Of a stretch of DNA of 64,000 nt, positions 60,801 to 64,000 are shown one piece after another. The stretch comes from Mytilus californianus (taxonomy: Eukaryota). The notes under the pieces are model-generated. The model worked only from the letters and a program-made list of their open reading frames with translations, was not told the DNA's origin and made no database searches. The stretch spans positions 110,918,001 to 110,982,000 of the forward strand of contig NW_026262701.1 of NCBI RefSeq assembly GCF_021869535.1, given 5' to 3'. Position 1 is the first letter of the stretch; the number at the start of each line of letters is the position of its first letter. The translations under genes and the position numbers were made by a program.

Positions 60801-62175
60801 ACTTCAATAATTTCCGTAGTCTTAAAAATGAGAGAGAGATTAAGTTTTGATAAAAAATGCATGAAGACTATATTTTTTTCTTTTTTTTTTTCTATCTATA
60901 TTCTTACTAGATTGAATTTGAGGACATGAAACATTCAAAATTTAAAACAGAATTTAACAGGTTGCATTTATTAATTTTCAGGTACACCAGCCACAAAAAG
61001 CCAGTTAGCTAAAGATGTTGCTACATTTTTAGTGTGGACATCACAGCCAGACTTTGATGATAGAAAGAAACTTGCTCTAAAGGTATTTTTTTTAAATATT
61101 TTCTAACTGTTCATTTTTTTTCAAAATAGTGTATCAAAATGAGGAGTGTAATAAGAAATAATATAAAGATCTAAAATTTCGAATAGCGAAAAAAAATCAT
61201 TCCCTTCAAAATTATTTTATTTTCATTTACCAATATTATGGTTTTTTAACTACAAAAATGTAACGTATGATGTCCCTCTGAAAAAAACAATATAATATTA
61301 AAGATTATGTTGAGACTTTGCAAGTCTGATTTTGGTATGTATATATGTCAAAAGGCATAAATAAAAGGAGATGATTGGTGTATAAGTCAATGAAATAGCA
61401 ACCCAACAATGAAAATGAGCAAAAGACATCTGGAGGAAAACATTCTGTCTTCAACAAAAGACAGATGTCAGTTACTATATATTAAGTTTATTTTGGTATA
61501 ATTACATTACATGTACGTTTCATTAGAATCTGTAATTTGATTGGCATTCCAATATCAAAGTTTATTTCTGTATAAAATACAACTGCTTTAACTGCATGTG
61601 CTATCTATGATAATGAAACAATGCATAGAAAAACCTACGATAAGCTTTATATAACACTTAATTTCATGGTTGTACCATAAAAATGTAATTATAAGAATTG
61701 AATGCTTCTTTTTATAATGTTTCTTTGGGTTGTTGATTGTGAGCACATTTTAAATATGAAGCACTTCTACACTTCATACAAAATGTGCTTCTGTCAACGC
61801 TTTTACACCCCAATAAAATCTTAAATAGAAGCAATCAGTTCTTAAACATATTTCATATTGGAAAAGAGAAGATATCGTGTATCTATTCATTACACAAAAG
61901 TACTACGCTTATTGCTGTATTATATCTCAAGTTCACAACAAGGCCTTTAACCTGGATAGTCTGATTAAGATTTTTTTATTTTAACCTTTGTAAACATAGG
62001 AAGTAATCTTTATAATATTGCTGTCATACTTTTAGTTTGTTATTATTAACATTGATTTATTTACTTTCAGATTTTGGGCTTGTTAGGAACAATGTTATTC
62101 GTATCATACTATGCTAAGCGACATTATTTCACAGTTCTTAAGGCAAGAAAGATTGCACTACGAGAAGGAAAATAA
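48821..62175 (+). CDS. CYC1: Cytochrome c1, heme protein, mitochondrial (305 aa precursor, 8 coding exons)
   Basis: Exons 48821-48892, 53861-53902, 54393-54544, 59028-59154, 59466-59636, 60182-60329, 60982-61082, 62071-62175 sum to 918 nt, in frame. Basic presequence, hydrophobic sorting segment, [23 protein letters not shown] (CxxCH), PPDL, NPYF...IAMA (axial Met), C-terminal TM and KRH..TVLKARK. AATAAA near 62275 and 62313. Confidence 0.97.
49635..50136 (+). pseudogene. Truncated Tc1/mariner transposase in CYC1 intron 1
   Basis: [20 protein letters not shown]... joined by a frameshift to TVKHVIKRY...[14 protein letters not shown]...KRVLFSK...FDNVIFTDE (HTH region plus first catalytic D), then breaks off. 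Confidence 0.8.
50606..51165. repeat. Imperfect 284-bp tandem duplication
   Basis: CTAGGATCCGA at 50611 and 50895; both copies continue to AATAAACTATTGA. Confidence 0.88.
53463..53576. repeat. 18-bp minisatellite x6.3 (CTCTTTATAGAGTTATTG)
   Basis: Six perfect units plus CTCTTT; amplified from an AGAGTTATTGC motif also present at about 52665, 52835, 53235. Confidence 0.95.
54130..54465 (+). repeat. Tandem triplication (about 112-114 bp) of the CYC1 intron 2 acceptor and 5' part of exon 3
   Basis: Acceptor + G.TTATGGATT..TTGGGGCAGCTAC at 54167, 54279 and 54393. Confidence 0.95.
54566..55730 (+). mobile_element. HINE with internal satellite-like array, about 20 bp downstream of the CYC1 exon 3 donor
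   Basis: SubTIRs ATGCCCCCAC / GCGGGGGCAT (55686-55695), GTAC microsatellite, repeated CTCAACCAAATGTTATGAAACTTATACACAATGCTTATTACC, 18-nt perfect palindrome GTGTCCACATGTGGACAC (55701-55718). Confidence 0.8.
56348..58570 (+). mobile_element. Large HINE with (GTC)n microsatellite and a 126-137-bp alternating array
   Basis: SubTIRs TATACGACCGCA / TGCGGTCGTAT (58533-58543), 3' hairpin, GGGGTTCTTTGAT repeated seven times between about 57530 and 58330. Confidence 0.8.
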
Positions 62176-62402
62176 CCTCAAGACGTTGTTAGATGATAAG
62201 TTATTCTCAAGGCTATTTTGTGTATTTATGTAAAAAATATGTCCAAAAATGTTTTACTTTAGATTATAAATGTGAATAAAAGAAGCTATTAATGTAACAT
62301 CAATTAATATAGAATAAATGTTATGGTTTTATCTGAACAAAACTTGTATGTTATTTGAAATGCCCACCATTTATTATATAAACATAGAGTATCCCTTTAC
62401 AT

Positions 62403-63098
62403 TTAATTAGTCCCCTACCGACAAAGTTGAAGGGGACTTTAGGTTTGCATTCAGTCCGTCTGTCTGTCTGTCCATCTGTCAGTCCGGCAAATCAGTTTTC
62501 CAGACTTTTTTCTTCATGCTTGAAGATATTGATTTGATATTTGGTTTATTGATTTACCATGACAAGTTACAGGTCAAGTTCAATTTTCGATTTTAGCTTT
62601 TCTCTTTGTTCAGTTAAAGCCCTTTCCCTAGAATTAAATTTATGATGAAAAACTTATTAATTAGTAGATTTCCGTTCAAAGGGAAATAACTCATTTTTTA
62701 AAAGACTTTTAAAAGACACAATGACATTTTGGATTTTTTTTCCCTTTTCTTTGGTAAATTGTTTGAAGAATTTAGTGGTAGGTTTGTTTGTCATTCTTGA
62801 AGATATTGATTTGATAATAAGTATATAGTTTTGACAAGTTACAGATCAAGTTGGAATTTTGTTCCAGTCTGATAATTTTGTGCAGAGTTATGGTCTTTGG
62901 ACATGGAAAATTCACTTAAATAATCAGTTTTCAACAGTTTTTTTTGTCATGCTTGAAGATTTTGACTTACTATTTTTATGTAGTATAGTTTACACCATGA
63001 CAAGTTATAGATCAAGTTAGAATTTCGTTCCATTACAATGAATTTGTAACTGCTAGGGGACTATGTATTGCCATGCAATACTCACAGAATTCTTGTTT
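62403..63098 (+). mobile_element. HINE with (TGTC)n microsatellite
   Basis: SubTIRs TAGTCCCCTA / TAGGGGACTA (63054-63063), hairpin GTATTGC.ATGCAATAC (63065-63081). Confidence 0.75.
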
Positions 63099-63436
63099 TA
63101 GTGAATTTAAACATGGGGGTGGATCCAATGTCTGATGAAATGAGATGGGGTGGGGGCTGATAAACTGTCCAAAATGGTAAAATTCCTTGAGAGTTGTGAG
63201 GGGAAATATACTTGACTATTGCTAAGCAACAAAAAAAAAAATATTTTTTTTGTTTAAAGAGAGACATGTACCCCCTGAATCCACCACTGGTAAAAGTCTG
63301 TCACTTCTGAATACATATAAATAAAGTACTCTTTAAAAAAAAAATTTCATCTGGTTACAATGAAAATTATCAAATTAATATGTTGCATTATTAATGTTGT
63401 TGATAAGTCTTATTTTGGTTGCCAGGCTTACATTCA

Positions 63437-64000
63437 TTTTTGTCGAGCCTGCGACTTTTGTCGCAGAAAGCTCGACATAGGGATAGCGATCCGGCGGCGG
63501 CGGCGGCGGCGGTGGCGGCGGCGTTAGCTAACTTCTTAAAAGCTTTATATTTTAGAAGATGGAAGACCTGGATGCTTCATACTTTGTATATGGATGCCTC
63601 ATGTTACGAAGTTTCCGTCAGTCACATGTCCAATGTCCTTGACCTCATTTTCATGGTTCAGTGACTACTTGAAAAAAAAGTTCAGATTTTTTGTAATGTT
63701 AAATTCTCTCTTATTATAAGTAATAGGATAACTATATTTGGTATGTGCGTACCTTGCAAGGTCCTCATGCCCGTCAGACAGTTTTCACTTGACCTCAACC
63801 TCATTTCATGGATCAGTGAACAAGGTTAAGTTTTCGTGGTCAAGTCCATATCTCAGATACTATAAGCAATAGGTCTAGTATATTCGGTGTATGGAAGGAC
63901 TGTAAGGTGTACATGTCCAACTGGCAGGTGTCATCTGACCTTGACCTCATTTTCATGGTTCAGTGGTTATAGTTAAGTTTTTGTGTTTTGGTCTGTTTTT
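63437..64000 (+). mobile_element. HINE with (GGC)n microsatellite, cut by the window end
   Basis: T-rich start, inverted TGTCGAGC..GCTCGACA, (GGC)n tract, repeated GACCTTGACCTCATTTTCATGG-type units. Confidence 0.65.

Overview
AT-rich, intron-rich animal DNA, most likely a bivalve mollusc (Mytilus-like; inferred from the CYP10 gene and the repeat families, not proven). I found no rRNA, tRNA or CRISPR array. Four spliced genes were built by hand from splice sites and frame continuity, with every exon phase closing: (1) a small signal peptide-CUB-LDLa-TM protein (- strand, 4 coding exons, about 235 aa); (2) a mitochondrial-clan P450 of the molluscan CYP10 type (+, 11 coding exons, 534 aa); (3) GPAA1 (-, 12 coding exons, 666 aa); (4) CYC1, cytochrome c1 (+, 8 coding exons, 305 aa), head-to-head with GPAA1. 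Most ORFs in the supplied track are non-coding noise. Introns and spacers contain about nine Helentron-type non-autonomous elements (several with internal satellite arrays), Ginger-, Kolobok- and Tc1-type DNA transposon remnants, and Penelope-like RT fragments. The most interesting signals are: five minimal type I hammerhead ribozyme motifs in two retrozyme/Penelope-type families, one near-intact and in sense orientation just downstream of CYP10; a tandem triplication of the CYC1 intron 2/exon 3 junction that encodes the mitochondrial sorting signal; GPAA1-CYC1 adjacency shared with human; a GC-AG/dual-register intron at the CYP10 heme motif; and a duplicated 'poison' splice acceptor in CYP10. 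Ribozyme activity, splicing outcomes and synteny conservation are predictions that need testing.
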